Counted from the first letter of the stretch, positions 46,539 to 56,686 are shown. The stretch is 64,000 nt of DNA from Bacteroidales bacterium (GCA_041672845.1 JBAYYV010000003.1:38506-102505), one strand, 5' to 3'. Numbers and translations: made by a program. The notes: generated by a model not told the origin, from the letters alone.

Positions 46539-48596
46539 ATGAGTAAAAGGTTTTATATTATATTAGTTGTCGTTAGTTTGTTATTATGGACTGGCGTCAA
46601 TACTTTTAGCTCTAAGATTTATGGACAAGATTCCATGGACTATATAGCTTTATCATTAGAAGATACTACTCTTATAAATTCTGCTACCATAACTGCAGAA
46701 CGATTTATACCTAAGATTATCCCAGTACAAATTCTTACTGGAGAAGCCCTTCATAAATTAAGTGTACATTCAGTAGCAGATGCAGTGCGATATTTCTCGG
46801 GAGTTCAAATAAAAGATTATGGTGGAATAGGAGGTCTTAAGACAGTAAATATTAGAAGTTTAGGGACCCAGCATGTAGGAGTATTTTATGATGGTATCGA
46901 ATTAGGAAATGCTCAGAACGGTACTATAGATTTAGGAAAATTTTCATTAGATAACATGGAAGCCATCTCAGTGTATAATGGGCAGAAATCTTCAATATTT
47001 CAATCTGCAAAAGATTATGCATCAGCAGGATCCATTTATATGCAAACCAGAATACCTCATTTTCAAGGTGGTGAAAAGAACAAATTTAAAATTAGTTTAA
47101 AAACAGGTTCTTTTGGAACTATTAATCCATCTTGGTTATGGGAATCTAAAATAAACAAACATATATCTTCTTCTTTAAGTACAGAATATCTATACACTAA
47201 CGGTAGGTATAAATTTTCATATAAAAAGAGAAATGGATACGATACCACCGAGGTAAGAAAGAATGGTAATGTATCAGCTTTTAGAGCAGAAGCAGCACTC
47301 TTTGGTACCATCAAAACAGGAGGGTGGAGGTCTAAAATTTATTATTATAATTCAAAACGTGGATATCCAGGAGCATCTATTAGAGAAGAACCAGGAAAAT
47401 TCAAACATCAAGATAGTCAATGGGATCAAAATTTCTTTATTCAAAGTAGTTTTAATAACACTTTTAATAAATGGTATAGCTTAAAAGTAAATGCTAAGTA
47501 TGCATATGATTATTTGCATTATTTATCAGATCCTCGATTAGATGTGACGACTATGTATATTAATAATCATTATATACAACAAGAATTATATGCCTCTTTA
47601 GTTAATCAATTCACGATATCTCCTTGGTGGTCAGTAAACATGGCTACTGATTTTATGTATAATATATTAGATGCTGATATGTGTGACTTTGTATTTCCAG
47701 TTAGATATACAAGTTTAACAGCATTAGCTAATTCATTTAATTTCGGAAAACTAAAGTTTCAGACCTCTATTTTATATACTCATGTACATGAAGAAACTAA
47801 AGTAATAGGAGCAGATGTAGCACCAGAAAAAAACAAATGGACTCCTACTGTTTTAGGATCATATAAACCATTAAATAATATAGATTTATCATTCAGAGCA
47901 TTTTATAAAAAGATTTTCAGAATGCCTACTTTGAATGATTTATATTACACTTTCATCGGGAATATACAGTTGAATCCTGAATACACTGAACAATATGACT
48001 TGGGTTTTGTATATGAAAAAGAGATGAATTCTTGGTATAAATACTTAAGAATACAGGTAGATGGATATTATAATCGTGTGAAAAATAAAATTATAGCTAT
48101 GCCTACTTCGAATCAGTTTCGCTGGACTATGATGAATTTAGGATATGTGGAGATTAAAGGCTTAGATGTAGCTTGGCAGCAACGCTTTGAGTTCGACCAA
48201 GTCGGAATAGATTTGAGGCTAAATTATACTTATCAGACAGCACAAGATTTGACAGATCCAAGTGATATGTATTATGGAGGACAAGCACCTTATATCCCAT
48301 GGCATAGTGGATCTATGATAATAAATGGAAATTGGAAAAATTGGGATATGAATTATAGCTTTATATATACAGGAGAAAGATATGAATCACAAGCAAATAT
48401 TCCTGAGAACTATGCACAGCCCTGGTACACAAGTGATATTTCATTTTCCAGAGAAATAGAATTTTACCAAAATCGACAGACTACCCTAAGAGTAAGCTTA
48501 GAAATAAATAACATATTAAATCAGCAATACGAAGTAGTAAAATGTTACCCTATGCCAGGAATAAATTTTAGAATAGTTTTAGATTATATATTCTAG
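46539..48596 (+). CDS. btuB: TonB-dependent receptor, cobalamin-riboswitch controlled (BtuB-like)
   Basis: Signal peptide, plug motifs (VADAVRYFSGVQIKDYGG, VNIRSLGTQHVGVFYDGIELGNAQNGTIDLG, ISVYNG), a beta-barrel and a C-terminal F. Confidence 0.8.
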   Translation: MSKRFYIILVVVSLLLWTGVNTFSSKIYGQDSMDYIALSLEDTTLINSATITAERFIPKIIPVQILTGEALHKLSVHSVADAVRYFSGVQIKDYGGIGGLKTVNIRSLGTQHVGVFYDGIELGNAQNGTIDLGKFSLDNMEAISVYNGQKSSIFQSAKDYASAGSIYMQTRIPHFQGGEKNKFKISLKTGSFGTINPSWLWESKINKHISSSLSTEYLYTNGRYKFSYKKRNGYDTTEVRKNGNVSAFRAEAALFGTIKTGGWRSKIYYYNSKRGYPGASIREEPGKFKHQDSQWDQNFFIQSSFNNTFNKWYSLKVNAKYAYDYLHYLSDPRLDVTTMYINNHYIQQELYASLVNQFTISPWWSVNMATDFMYNILDADMCDFVFPVRYTSLTALANSFNFGKLKFQTSILYTHVHEETKVIGADVAPEKNKWTPTVLGSYKPLNNIDLSFRAFYKKIFRMPTLNDLYYTFIGNIQLNPEYTEQYDLGFVYEKEMNSWYKYLRIQVDGYYNRVKNKIIAMPTSNQFRWTMMNLGYVEIKGLDVAWQQRFEFDQVGIDLRLNYTYQTAQDLTDPSDMYYGGQAPYIPWHSGSMIINGNWKNWDMNYSFIYTGERYESQANIPENYAQPWYTSDISFSREIEFYQNRQTTLRVSLEINNILNQQYEVVKCYPMPGINFRIVLDYIF

Positions 48597-48687
48597 ATAC
48601 CATATTTAAATCACTTGATTTCTATGATTTGATAACCACCATGTTTTTATAAAAACAATAAATATTAATAATTAAATATCCATTTAT

Positions 48688-49770
48688 ATGAAAAAACAAT
48701 TAACATTCTTTTTACATTTTTTATTAACCATAATCTTAATGTCTTTTTTTACATCTTGTTCGAAAGATGATGATATTAATTCCGAATTATATTTTGAAGG
48801 TAATATTTCTGAATTAAATGTCCCAGCGGCAGGTTATACTCAAACCATGAAAATATATTCAGATTCAGAATGGGAAATTTTAAATAGTAGTAGTTGGTTA
48901 ACTATTACCCCAGAATCAGCTGCCAATAATCAAGAAATAACTATAATAGCTACTCCTAATTTAGAATTAGCTGATAGAAGTTCTAAGTTTAGTATTTCTT
49001 TAGCCGATGGTTCTAAAACTTTAGAAATAACCGTAAAACAAGCTACAGGTGTAAAGGTAATCACTTTCGAAAGTGAAGAATATCAATCAGTTTTAGCGGG
49101 ACCTACTTCTTATGGTGAAAATCTTTATTCTACATATGTGGCAGATGATACTTACATATTATATAATGGTGTAACAGATATTAATACAGGTATAGGTTTC
49201 GATATAAATTTATCTATTCCTTATGGAGGAACAGAACTTGCCAAGAATTTTTATAATGGTGGTTTCGCTATCTCACAATGGAATATTTTTACTAAAGATC
49301 CAGAATATATGAATCAGTGTAGTGTAATAAGTGGAGATGAAGGTGAAAAAAATGGTGGTTATAATAAATCAGCTACATTTGCTGTGGAATATGGTATCGA
49401 TACTATTACTACTGCTGAGCCTTTAATATTTGATCACTTGTATGTAAACAATTCTTCATATGCATATATATCTATGAAAGATGGTACTGATTTTACAGCT
49501 GCTTTCTCAAAAGGTTCATGGTTTAAAGTAATTTTTACAGGATTAAAATTATCTAAAGGTGGCTATGAATCAATGGGAACAGTAGAATTCTTTCTTGCAA
49601 ATTATAAAAGTGATGAAACAGTTCCAATAAAAGATTGGACTAAAGTAGATCTTTCTTCTTTAGGAAAAATAGATGGATTAGCTATCAGTTATGATGGTTC
49701 AGATAAAGGAATGTTTGGAATAAATACTCCGTTATATGTATGTATAGATAACATTGCTATTATCCAATAA
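48688..49770 (+). CDS. BACON-domain lipoprotein with a DUF4465-like C-terminal domain (candidate BtuH-type B12-binding protein)
   Basis: Lipobox FFTSCSK and a BACON-like N-domain (SEWEILNSSSWLTITPESAANNQEITIIATPN...LEITVKQA). The C-domain has YNGGFAISQWN. The DUF4465 and BtuH link is from memory and unverified. Confidence 0.5.
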   Translation: MKKQLTFFLHFLLTIILMSFFTSCSKDDDINSELYFEGNISELNVPAAGYTQTMKIYSDSEWEILNSSSWLTITPESAANNQEITIIATPNLELADRSSKFSISLADGSKTLEITVKQATGVKVITFESEEYQSVLAGPTSYGENLYSTYVADDTYILYNGVTDINTGIGFDINLSIPYGGTELAKNFYNGGFAISQWNIFTKDPEYMNQCSVISGDEGEKNGGYNKSATFAVEYGIDTITTAEPLIFDHLYVNNSSYAYISMKDGTDFTAAFSKGSWFKVIFTGLKLSKGGYESMGTVEFFLANYKSDETVPIKDWTKVDLSSLGKIDGLAISYDGSDKGMFGINTPLYVCIDNIAIIQ

Positions 49771-49790
49771 ATATTAGTTTATCATTTAAA

Positions 49791-49824
49791 AAAAGGGAAT
49801 GCATTATTTGCAATTCCCTTTTTT
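49791..49824. terminator. Bidirectional hairpin terminator
   Basis: AAAAGGGAATGCA-TTATT-TGCAATTCCCTTTT (one bulge) between the convergent B12 locus and the DHS-like gene. Confidence 0.65.
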
Positions 49825-49830
49825 AATATA

Positions 49831-50805
49831 TTACCAACCAAGTATGTAAGCAAACATAAGTGGTGCTACGATAGTAGCATCTGATTCGACTACAAAACTA
49901 GGAGTATTAGGAGCTAATTTTCCCCATGTGATTTTTTCATTAGGAACGGCTCCTGAATAAGAACCATAAGATGTAGTAGAGTCAGAAATTTGACAGAAGT
50001 ATTTCCAAAGAGGAACATCTGTCCATTCCAAATCTTGAGCCATCATAGGAACTACACAAATAGCGAAGTCAGCTGCAGTACCACCTCCGATCTGGAAGAA
50101 CCCAACACCTTCTCCACCAGAATTTTCACGATACCATTCAGTTAAAAAAATCATGGTTTCTACACCATTTTTAACCATATTAGGTTCATACTCACCTCTA
50201 ATACAATGAGCAGTGAAAATATTAGCAGTAGTACAGTCTTCCCATGCAGGAATAACTATTGGAATATTCTTTTCACATGCTGCTAGAACCCAACTATCTT
50301 TAGGATCTATTTCATAATATTGCTTAAGTTTTCCACTTCTAATAAGACGATACATGAATTCGTAAGGAAGGCAACGATCTCCATTAGCCTTAGCTTCATC
50401 CCATATTTCTACAAGATGTTTTTCAAGTCTTCTGAAAGCTTCTTCTTCAGGGATACAAGTATCGGTTACACGATTTAGATGGTGGTCCAATAAATCTTGT
50501 TCCATTTCTTGAGTTAAATCTCTGTAATTAGGAACCCTTTTGTAATGATTATGAGCTACTAAATTCATTATATCTTCTTCCATATTATTAGCAGAACAAG
50601 ATACAATACTTATTTTATCTTGGCGTATCATCTCTGCGAGTGATAATCCAAGTTCAGCTGTACTCATAGCTCCAGCCATTGCTAGCATCATTTTCCCACC
50701 CTTATTGATGTGGGCTTCATATGCTTTAGCAGCATCCACTAAAGTCGCCGAATTAAAATGGCGATAGTGATGTGTAATAAATTTTGAAACTTCTCCTTTG
50801 TTCAT
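49831..50805 (-). CDS. Deoxyhypusine synthase-like protein (bacterial DHS/homospermidine-synthase-like family)
   Basis: 324 aa with GAMSTAELG, ANIFTAH, GGGTAADF and a conserved catalytic-Lys region ITWGKL. Confidence 0.8.
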   Translation of the reverse strand: MNKGEVSKFITHHYRHFNSATLVDAAKAYEAHINKGGKMMLAMAGAMSTAELGLSLAEMIRQDKISIVSCSANNMEEDIMNLVAHNHYKRVPNYRDLTQEMEQDLLDHHLNRVTDTCIPEEEAFRRLEKHLVEIWDEAKANGDRCLPYEFMYRLIRSGKLKQYYEIDPKDSWVLAACEKNIPIVIPAWEDCTTANIFTAHCIRGEYEPNMVKNGVETMIFLTEWYRENSGGEGVGFFQIGGGTAADFAICVVPMMAQDLEWTDVPLWKYFCQISDSTTSYGSYSGAVPNEKITWGKLAPNTPSFVVESDATIVAPLMFAYILGW

Positions 50806-50870
50806 TATATAAATGATTAACGTATAAAATAATGTGTTATTAAATATTTCGCTAAATTAGTAAAATTTCC

Positions 50871-50878
50871 TAATTTTG
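50871..50878 (+). promoter_or_regulatory. -7 promoter box (TAATTTTG) for ffh
   Basis: 86 nt upstream of the ATG at 50964. Confidence 0.35.
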
Positions 50879-50907
50879 TAGATTGAAGTAAGAATTTTAT
50901 AATTGAA

Positions 50908-50947
50908 ATTTACAGTAGATACTAAAGATTTACAGTAGATACTAAAG
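50908..50947 (+). repeat. Perfect 20-bp tandem duplication (ATTTACAGTAGATACTAAAG x2) in the ffh leader
   Basis: Read directly from the sequence. Confidence 0.9.
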
Positions 50948-50963
50948 AAAATAAGAATATAAT

Positions 50964-52295
50964 ATGTTTGATAATCTTTCAGAACGCCTAGAGAAATCAT
51001 TTAAACTGATAAAAGGGCAAGGTAAAATCACTGATATAAATATAGCTGAAACATTAAAAGATGTTAGAAGGGCATTACTTGATGCCGATGTCAGTTATAA
51101 AATAGCCAAAAATTTCTGTGATAATGTAAAAGAAAAGGCTATAGGTCAGAATGTTTTAACTTCATTACGTCCAGATCAGCTTATGATTAAGATAGTTCAT
51201 GATGAACTAGTAGAATTAATGGGATCTGAATCTCAGGACATAAATATTAAAGGAGTGCCTGGAATAGTATTAGTTTCAGGGTTACAAGGTTCTGGTAAGA
51301 CTACTTTTTGTGGAAAGTTAGCGTTAAACTATACTAAAAAAAGAGGCTTAAAGGTTTTATTAGTAGCTGGAGATGTTTATAGACCTGCTGCTATAGAGCA
51401 GTTAAGAGTGATAGGGGAGCAAATAAAATGCGATGTTTATACAGAAGAAGATAATAAAAATCCAGTTAAGATAGCGCAAAATGCTATTAAAAAAGCTAAA
51501 GCTGAAAGTTACAGTTTAGTAATAATAGATACAGCTGGTCGTTTAGCCGTAGATGAAAATATGATGAAAGAGATAGCAGCTATTAAAAAAGCTGTTAATC
51601 CTACGGAAACTTTATTTGTAGTAGATGCCATGACTGGTCAAGATGCTGTCGAAACAGCTAGATCTTTCAACGAAAAATTAGATTTCGACGGAGTAGTTCT
51701 TACTAAAATGGATGGTGATACTAGAGGTGGTGCAGCACTTTCTATAAAAGCCGTGGTAAATAAACCTATTAAGTTTACATCTGCAGGTGAAAAAATGGAA
51801 TCATTAGATGTTTTTCATCCAGATAGAACGGCAGATAGAATCTTAGGTATGGGTGATGTCGTTTCTTTGGTAGAAAAGGCACAAGAACAATATGATGAAA
51901 CAGAAGCTAGAAAATTATCTAAGAAGATAGCTAAAAATCAGTTTACTCTAGAAGATTTTTATCAGCAAATCCAACAGGTTAAAAAGATGGGTAATATTAA
52001 AGATTTAGCTTCTATGATACCAGGAGTAGGAAAAGCTATAAAAGATGTAGATTTGGATAACGATTCATTCAAAAGTATTGAAGCTATATTATTATCTATG
52101 ACTCCATATGAGAAGGAAAATCCTATTGCAATTAATGGAAATAGAAAAAAAAGAATAGCAGCTGGAAGTGGTACTTCTGTAGCAGATGTCAACAGATTAT
52201 TAAAACAATTTAAAGACACAAGTCGTATGATGAAGAAGATGTCAGGTGGAGGTATGAAGAATATGATGAAAGGACGTAAAAAGCATAGAAAATAA
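50964..52295 (+). CDS. ffh: Signal recognition particle protein Ffh
   Basis: GLQGSGKTT, DTAGR, TKMDGD and a Met-rich M domain with a basic tail. Confidence 0.96.
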   Translation: MFDNLSERLEKSFKLIKGQGKITDINIAETLKDVRRALLDADVSYKIAKNFCDNVKEKAIGQNVLTSLRPDQLMIKIVHDELVELMGSESQDINIKGVPGIVLVSGLQGSGKTTFCGKLALNYTKKRGLKVLLVAGDVYRPAAIEQLRVIGEQIKCDVYTEEDNKNPVKIAQNAIKKAKAESYSLVIIDTAGRLAVDENMMKEIAAIKKAVNPTETLFVVDAMTGQDAVETARSFNEKLDFDGVVLTKMDGDTRGGAALSIKAVVNKPIKFTSAGEKMESLDVFHPDRTADRILGMGDVVSLVEKAQEQYDETEARKLSKKIAKNQFTLEDFYQQIQQVKKMGNIKDLASMIPGVGKAIKDVDLDNDSFKSIEAILLSMTPYEKENPIAINGNRKKRIAAGSGTSVADVNRLLKQFKDTSRMMKKMSGGGMKNMMKGRKKHRK

Positions 52296-52318
52296 ACAAT
52301 TTTTAAAACACGGTACAA

Positions 52319-53218
52319 ATGATATTATTAGATGGAAAAGCTACTGCGGCAGTAGTAAAAGAACAAATCCGAAATAAAGTCGAAGAGATGGTAGCTAATG
52401 GAGAAAGTAGGCCTCATCTTGTAGCTATTATCGTCGGACAAGATGGCGCAAGTAAAACTTATGTAAAAAATAAGGAATTAGCATGTAATGCTGTTGGTTT
52501 TAAATCTACAGTTCTTAAATTTCCTGACACTATATCAGAAGAGACATTATTAGAAGAAATCGATAAGTTAAATAATGATGATTCAGTAGATGGGTTCATA
52601 GTACAATTACCATTACCAAATCACATAGATGACTCTAAAATAGTTAATTCTATTTCTATGTATAAAGATGTAGATGGTTTTAATCCTGTGAATGTCGGTA
52701 AATTAATGTTAGGAGAAGATACTTTCGTATCAGCTACTCCTAAAGGAATTATCACATTACTCGAACATTATAAAATACCTACTGCAGGTAAATATTGTGT
52801 AGTTTTAGGTAGAAGTAATAACGTGGGTCGTCCCATGGCAAATTTATTATCTCAGAAATCAAGTCATGGAGATTGTACCGTAACTATTTGTCATAGTCGT
52901 ACTACTAATATTGCTGAATTAACTAGACAAGCTGATATCGTTATAGCAGCTTTAGGTGTACCAAATTTCTTGACTGCAGATATGATAAAAGATGGAGCTA
53001 CTGTTATAGATGTAGGAATTACTAGAGTTCCTTCTAGCAATTCTAAAAAAGGCTATCGTTTAGTAGGAGATGTCGATTTCGATAATGTAGCTGCTAAATG
53101 TTCATACATTTCACCAGTACCGGGAGGTGTAGGGCCTATGACTATAGTTTCGTTAATGCAAAATACGTTCAAAGCAAGACAAATTAATAAAGCTCGTATC
53201 GCAGCTCGTAAAAAATAA
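52319..53218 (+). CDS. folD: Bifunctional methylenetetrahydrofolate dehydrogenase/cyclohydrolase FolD
   Basis: LDGK, YVKNKELAC, VQLPLP, TPKGI, GRSNNVGRPMA and PVPGGVGPMT. Confidence 0.95.
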   Translation: MILLDGKATAAVVKEQIRNKVEEMVANGESRPHLVAIIVGQDGASKTYVKNKELACNAVGFKSTVLKFPDTISEETLLEEIDKLNNDDSVDGFIVQLPLPNHIDDSKIVNSISMYKDVDGFNPVNVGKLMLGEDTFVSATPKGIITLLEHYKIPTAGKYCVVLGRSNNVGRPMANLLSQKSSHGDCTVTICHSRTTNIAELTRQADIVIAALGVPNFLTADMIKDGATVIDVGITRVPSSNSKKGYRLVGDVDFDNVAAKCSYISPVPGGVGPMTIVSLMQNTFKARQINKARIAARKK

Positions 53219-53259
53219 GATATTCCAATACTAAAAAATATCATTTAACCCATAAAAGT

Positions 53260-53296
53260 AGCCACGCAATTTCAAAAAGATTGCGTGGCTTTTATT
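53260..53296 (+). terminator. Rho-independent terminator after folD
   Basis: AGCCACGCAAT-N9-ATTGCGTGGCT (11-bp perfect stem) followed by TTTATT. Confidence 0.8.
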
Positions 53297-53362
53297 ATGA
53301 TAAATTTTAATAGTGGTATGATAAATTTTAAAGTGGTATGATAATTGTAAGAGTAAAATAAA

Positions 53363-53399
53363 CGATAATAAATTATCGATAAACGATAATAACTTATCG
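53363..53399. promoter_or_regulatory. Two operator-like palindromes 21 bp apart (CGATAAT-AA-ATTATCG and CGATAA-TAAC-TTATCG)
   Basis: Read directly. They lie inside a 21-bp tandem duplication (53360-53401), 15-50 nt upstream of the ATG at 53414. Confidence 0.35.
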
Positions 53400-53413
53400 A
53401 AACACAAAAAAAT

Positions 53414-55957
53414 ATGAAAAAAAATTTATTTACAAGTTTATTAATTATTCCATTTATTCTTCTAAGTAGTGGAATGATAGCAGGTAACCACTTTTCTACT
53501 ATAAATATTTTTGATAGAAATGAATCGTCAGTAATCAAAGGACAAGTATTTGATTCTCAGACTCAACTTCCTTTAGAATTTGCTACAGTAGCATTTTTTA
53601 CGGCTGATTCTATTATTGCAGGTGGTGCTACTACTAATGAAAATGGTAGTTTTGAAATTCAAGATATTCTTTATGGTGAATATATAGTTAAGGCTTCATT
53701 TATCGGTTATAAAGAAACAAAGTTTAAATTGACTGTAAATAAAGATAATATAAATATAGGTGGTATAGATTGTGACCCTGATCAAGAAATGTTGACAGCG
53801 GCTGTAAAGACTGCTAAACGTCCTATTATAGAACAGAAGATGGATAAAATAGTCATGAATGTTTCTGAAGCAGCTACCATAGGTGGCACAAATGCAGATG
53901 ATGTTTTGAAAAAAGCTCCTGGCGTAACTGTAGATCCTGATGGTAATATTACTTTAAACGGTAGTAAAGTAGAGGTTTGGATAGACGGTCGTCCTTCTCA
54001 TTTATCAGGTGATGCATTAGTGGCTCTTTTACAAGCTACCAATGCTAGTACGTTAGATAAAATAGAAATTATTTCTCATCCTTCCGCTAAGTATGATGCT
54101 TCAGGTAGTGGTGGAATTATTAATATAAAAACCAAAAAGAATTTTTTGAAAGGCCTTAATGGTAGTGTTCAGCTTTCTTATGGTGGAATGAAATTTGATA
54201 AATATGCTCAAGGTGCAGATGGTAGTTTAAATTTGTCTTATAGAACTGATAACACTAACACATTCTTATTCTATGGTCCTAGATATCATGAACATAAAAG
54301 TCAAACAGAAAGTACTACATTATTTGGTACTGATTATACTATGACACAGAAATCAGAAGATGATGCAGACTGGACTCATACTAATCATTCTTGGAAAGTA
54401 GGTAATGATTGGTTTATAAATAAAAACAATACATTTGGAGTAATAGTAGATGGATTAAATAGACATGGTTCTTATAACAATGATAAAGGTGGAACTACTA
54501 CATTTTATCAAAATGCTGCCGGTACTTATAATCCAGAAACTGAAATAAGTAAGATAACTAGTATTACAAATAATGCAGAGGATTTTAATAAAGTAACAGC
54601 TAACATGAATTTTACTCATGTTTTCAATGATAAAAAAGATCAGGAAATAACCACTAATTTTGAATACACTCGTTTCGATAATAATTCCGTCAATTCTCAA
54701 AACACTCTTTATCAAGAAGGTCTATATTTTGGACAACTTAAAGATGATGAACAGTTTTCATTGAATTCAGATCAAGGAGTAGATATTTGGACAGCAAAAG
54801 CAGATTATGAACAGACAATAGGGAAGATGGGTAAATTAGAAGCTGGTGCCAAATGGACTCTTTCAACCACTGATAATAATACTATCAGGATGGATAAATT
54901 GGAAACTGGATGGAATGAAAATAACACTTATACAAACAATTTTGTATATAAAGAAAACGTTTCTTCTATTTATGCAGATTATGCTTCTATGGTAGGTAAA
55001 TGGGTAATTAAAGCCGGATTAAGAGGTGAATATACTTATGCTACTGGTGATTGGAAGACTAGTAATAATGAGAGTGTTAAAGATTATTTTAATTTATTCC
55101 CAACTTTATATTTAGGTTATAATCCAAATCAAAATTGGAGATATGGTTTATCTTATACTCGTCGTATTCAGAGACCTCAATATAGTCAGTTAAATCCTAA
55201 GACTACTTATATATCTGCTACTTCATTAATGGTAGGGAATCCTAAATTAAATCCTGTATTTACTCATTCATTACATGCATCTGTAGGTTACGGACAACAT
55301 TTGAATTTGGCTTTAATTTATCATCATTCTACTGATATGATGACTCAGACTCCTAGTGTAGATGATTATGGTATTAATACTATGACCTGGGATAACTTCG
55401 GTAGTCAAGATATGACAGGACTATCATTCGGTATCACAGAGTTACCGATTACTCCTTGGTTGTATTATAATGGAAATGTATTTAGTTCATATATAAGTAG
55501 TAAGACTACATCTTCAAGTACTGTAGCTACAAGTTCTAAAAAATCAAATAATGGCTATTTTACTACTGTCTATTCTAATTTAACTTTTATGTTGCCTAAA
55601 GATTGGAAGTTTGAATTCGGAGGTACTTGGCATAGTTCTATTCCTTGGGGATATTTTAATATAGATCCTCAATATGAATGTTTTGCAGGAATTAAGAAAA
55701 ATATATTAAACAATAGAGCAGTTATAGCTTTGAACATAAAAGATATTTTTAGATCTACTGATACATTTGTTAATATGCAAGATGAAAATGGTGTAAATTA
55801 TATGACTACTAATATGTATCAGAATCAGCAGCGAGTATCTATTAGCTTTTCGTTTAATTTCGGTACAGCATCTAAAATACATAGAAAACATATAGGTGCT
55901 TCAGATGCATCACGTCTAGAAAGTTCTTCAGCATTAGATGCCCTTCCTGCTAAGTAA
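53414..55957 (+). CDS. Outer-membrane beta-barrel protein with a CarboxypepD_reg-like N-domain (TonB-dependent receptor-like)
   Basis: Signal peptide, VIKGQVFDSQTQLPLEFATVAFF...YIVKASFIGYK (carboxypeptidase-regulatory-like fold) and plug-like segments (LKKAPGVTVDPDGNITLNGS, KIEIISHPSAKYDASGSGGIINIKTKK). A long barrel follows. Confidence 0.8.
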   Translation: MKKNLFTSLLIIPFILLSSGMIAGNHFSTINIFDRNESSVIKGQVFDSQTQLPLEFATVAFFTADSIIAGGATTNENGSFEIQDILYGEYIVKASFIGYKETKFKLTVNKDNINIGGIDCDPDQEMLTAAVKTAKRPIIEQKMDKIVMNVSEAATIGGTNADDVLKKAPGVTVDPDGNITLNGSKVEVWIDGRPSHLSGDALVALLQATNASTLDKIEIISHPSAKYDASGSGGIINIKTKKNFLKGLNGSVQLSYGGMKFDKYAQGADGSLNLSYRTDNTNTFLFYGPRYHEHKSQTESTTLFGTDYTMTQKSEDDADWTHTNHSWKVGNDWFINKNNTFGVIVDGLNRHGSYNNDKGGTTTFYQNAAGTYNPETEISKITSITNNAEDFNKVTANMNFTHVFNDKKDQEITTNFEYTRFDNNSVNSQNTLYQEGLYFGQLKDDEQFSLNSDQGVDIWTAKADYEQTIGKMGKLEAGAKWTLSTTDNNTIRMDKLETGWNENNTYTNNFVYKENVSSIYADYASMVGKWVIKAGLRGEYTYATGDWKTSNNESVKDYFNLFPTLYLGYNPNQNWRYGLSYTRRIQRPQYSQLNPKTTYISATSLMVGNPKLNPVFTHSLHASVGYGQHLNLALIYHHSTDMMTQTPSVDDYGINTMTWDNFGSQDMTGLSFGITELPITPWLYYNGNVFSSYISSKTTSSSTVATSSKKSNNGYFTTVYSNLTFMLPKDWKFEFGGTWHSSIPWGYFNIDPQYECFAGIKKNILNNRAVIALNIKDIFRSTDTFVNMQDENGVNYMTTNMYQNQQRVSISFSFNFGTASKIHRKHIGASDASRLESSSALDALPAK

Positions 55958-55966
55958 AGAAATTAG

Positions 55967-56641
55967 TTATTTTAACAAATCTGGCCGGAGGTCTTGGGTT
56001 CTTTTATAGGCCTGTTCCTCTTGCCATTTTTTTATTTGTTTAGAGTCACCTGATAATAAGATATCTGGGACTTTCCATCCATTAAATTCTCTGGGGCGGG
56101 TGTAAATAGGAGGTGCTAATAATTTGTCTTGAAAACAGTCTGAAAGAGCTGATTGACTGTCAGTCATGGCCCCTGGAATTAATCTTATGATAGTATCTGT
56201 TACTACACAGGCAGCTAATTCTCCACCGCTTAGTACATAACTTCCTATGGATATTTCTTTGTTAATGAGATGTTCACGGATTCTATGATCTATTCCTTTA
56301 TAATGTCCACATAAAAGAATGATATTATCGGCACATGAAAGTGTATTTGCCATAGGCTGATCTAGAATTTCTCCATCTGGTGTTAGGTATATCACATATT
56401 GATAATCCCTTTGGCTAGTCAACTCTGTAATAGCATTATAAATAGGACCTGGCATCATTACCATTCCAGCATCTCCACCGAAGCCATAATCATCTATTTG
56501 TTTGTAGTTCCCTCTACCATAATCGTGAAGATTAATAATGTTGATTTCTACAATCCCTTTTTCTTTTGCTCTCTTGATTATAGAATGATTTAATGGGCTT
56601 TCTAAGAGATCTGGAACTGCACTTAAAATATCTATTCTCAT
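55967..56641 (-). CDS. trmD: tRNA (guanine37-N1)-methyltransferase TrmD
   Basis: MRIDILS, DDYGFGGDAGMVM, LCGHYKGIDHR and SIGSYVLSGGE. Confidence 0.95.
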   Translation of the reverse strand: MRIDILSAVPDLLESPLNHSIIKRAKEKGIVEINIINLHDYGRGNYKQIDDYGFGGDAGMVMMPGPIYNAITELTSQRDYQYVIYLTPDGEILDQPMANTLSCADNIILLCGHYKGIDHRIREHLINKEISIGSYVLSGGELAACVVTDTIIRLIPGAMTDSQSALSDCFQDKLLAPPIYTRPREFNGWKVPDILLSGDSKQIKKWQEEQAYKRTQDLRPDLLK

Positions 56642-56686
56642 AATGTTATTATGTTAATACAGATAATGGAATATAGTATATTTTCT

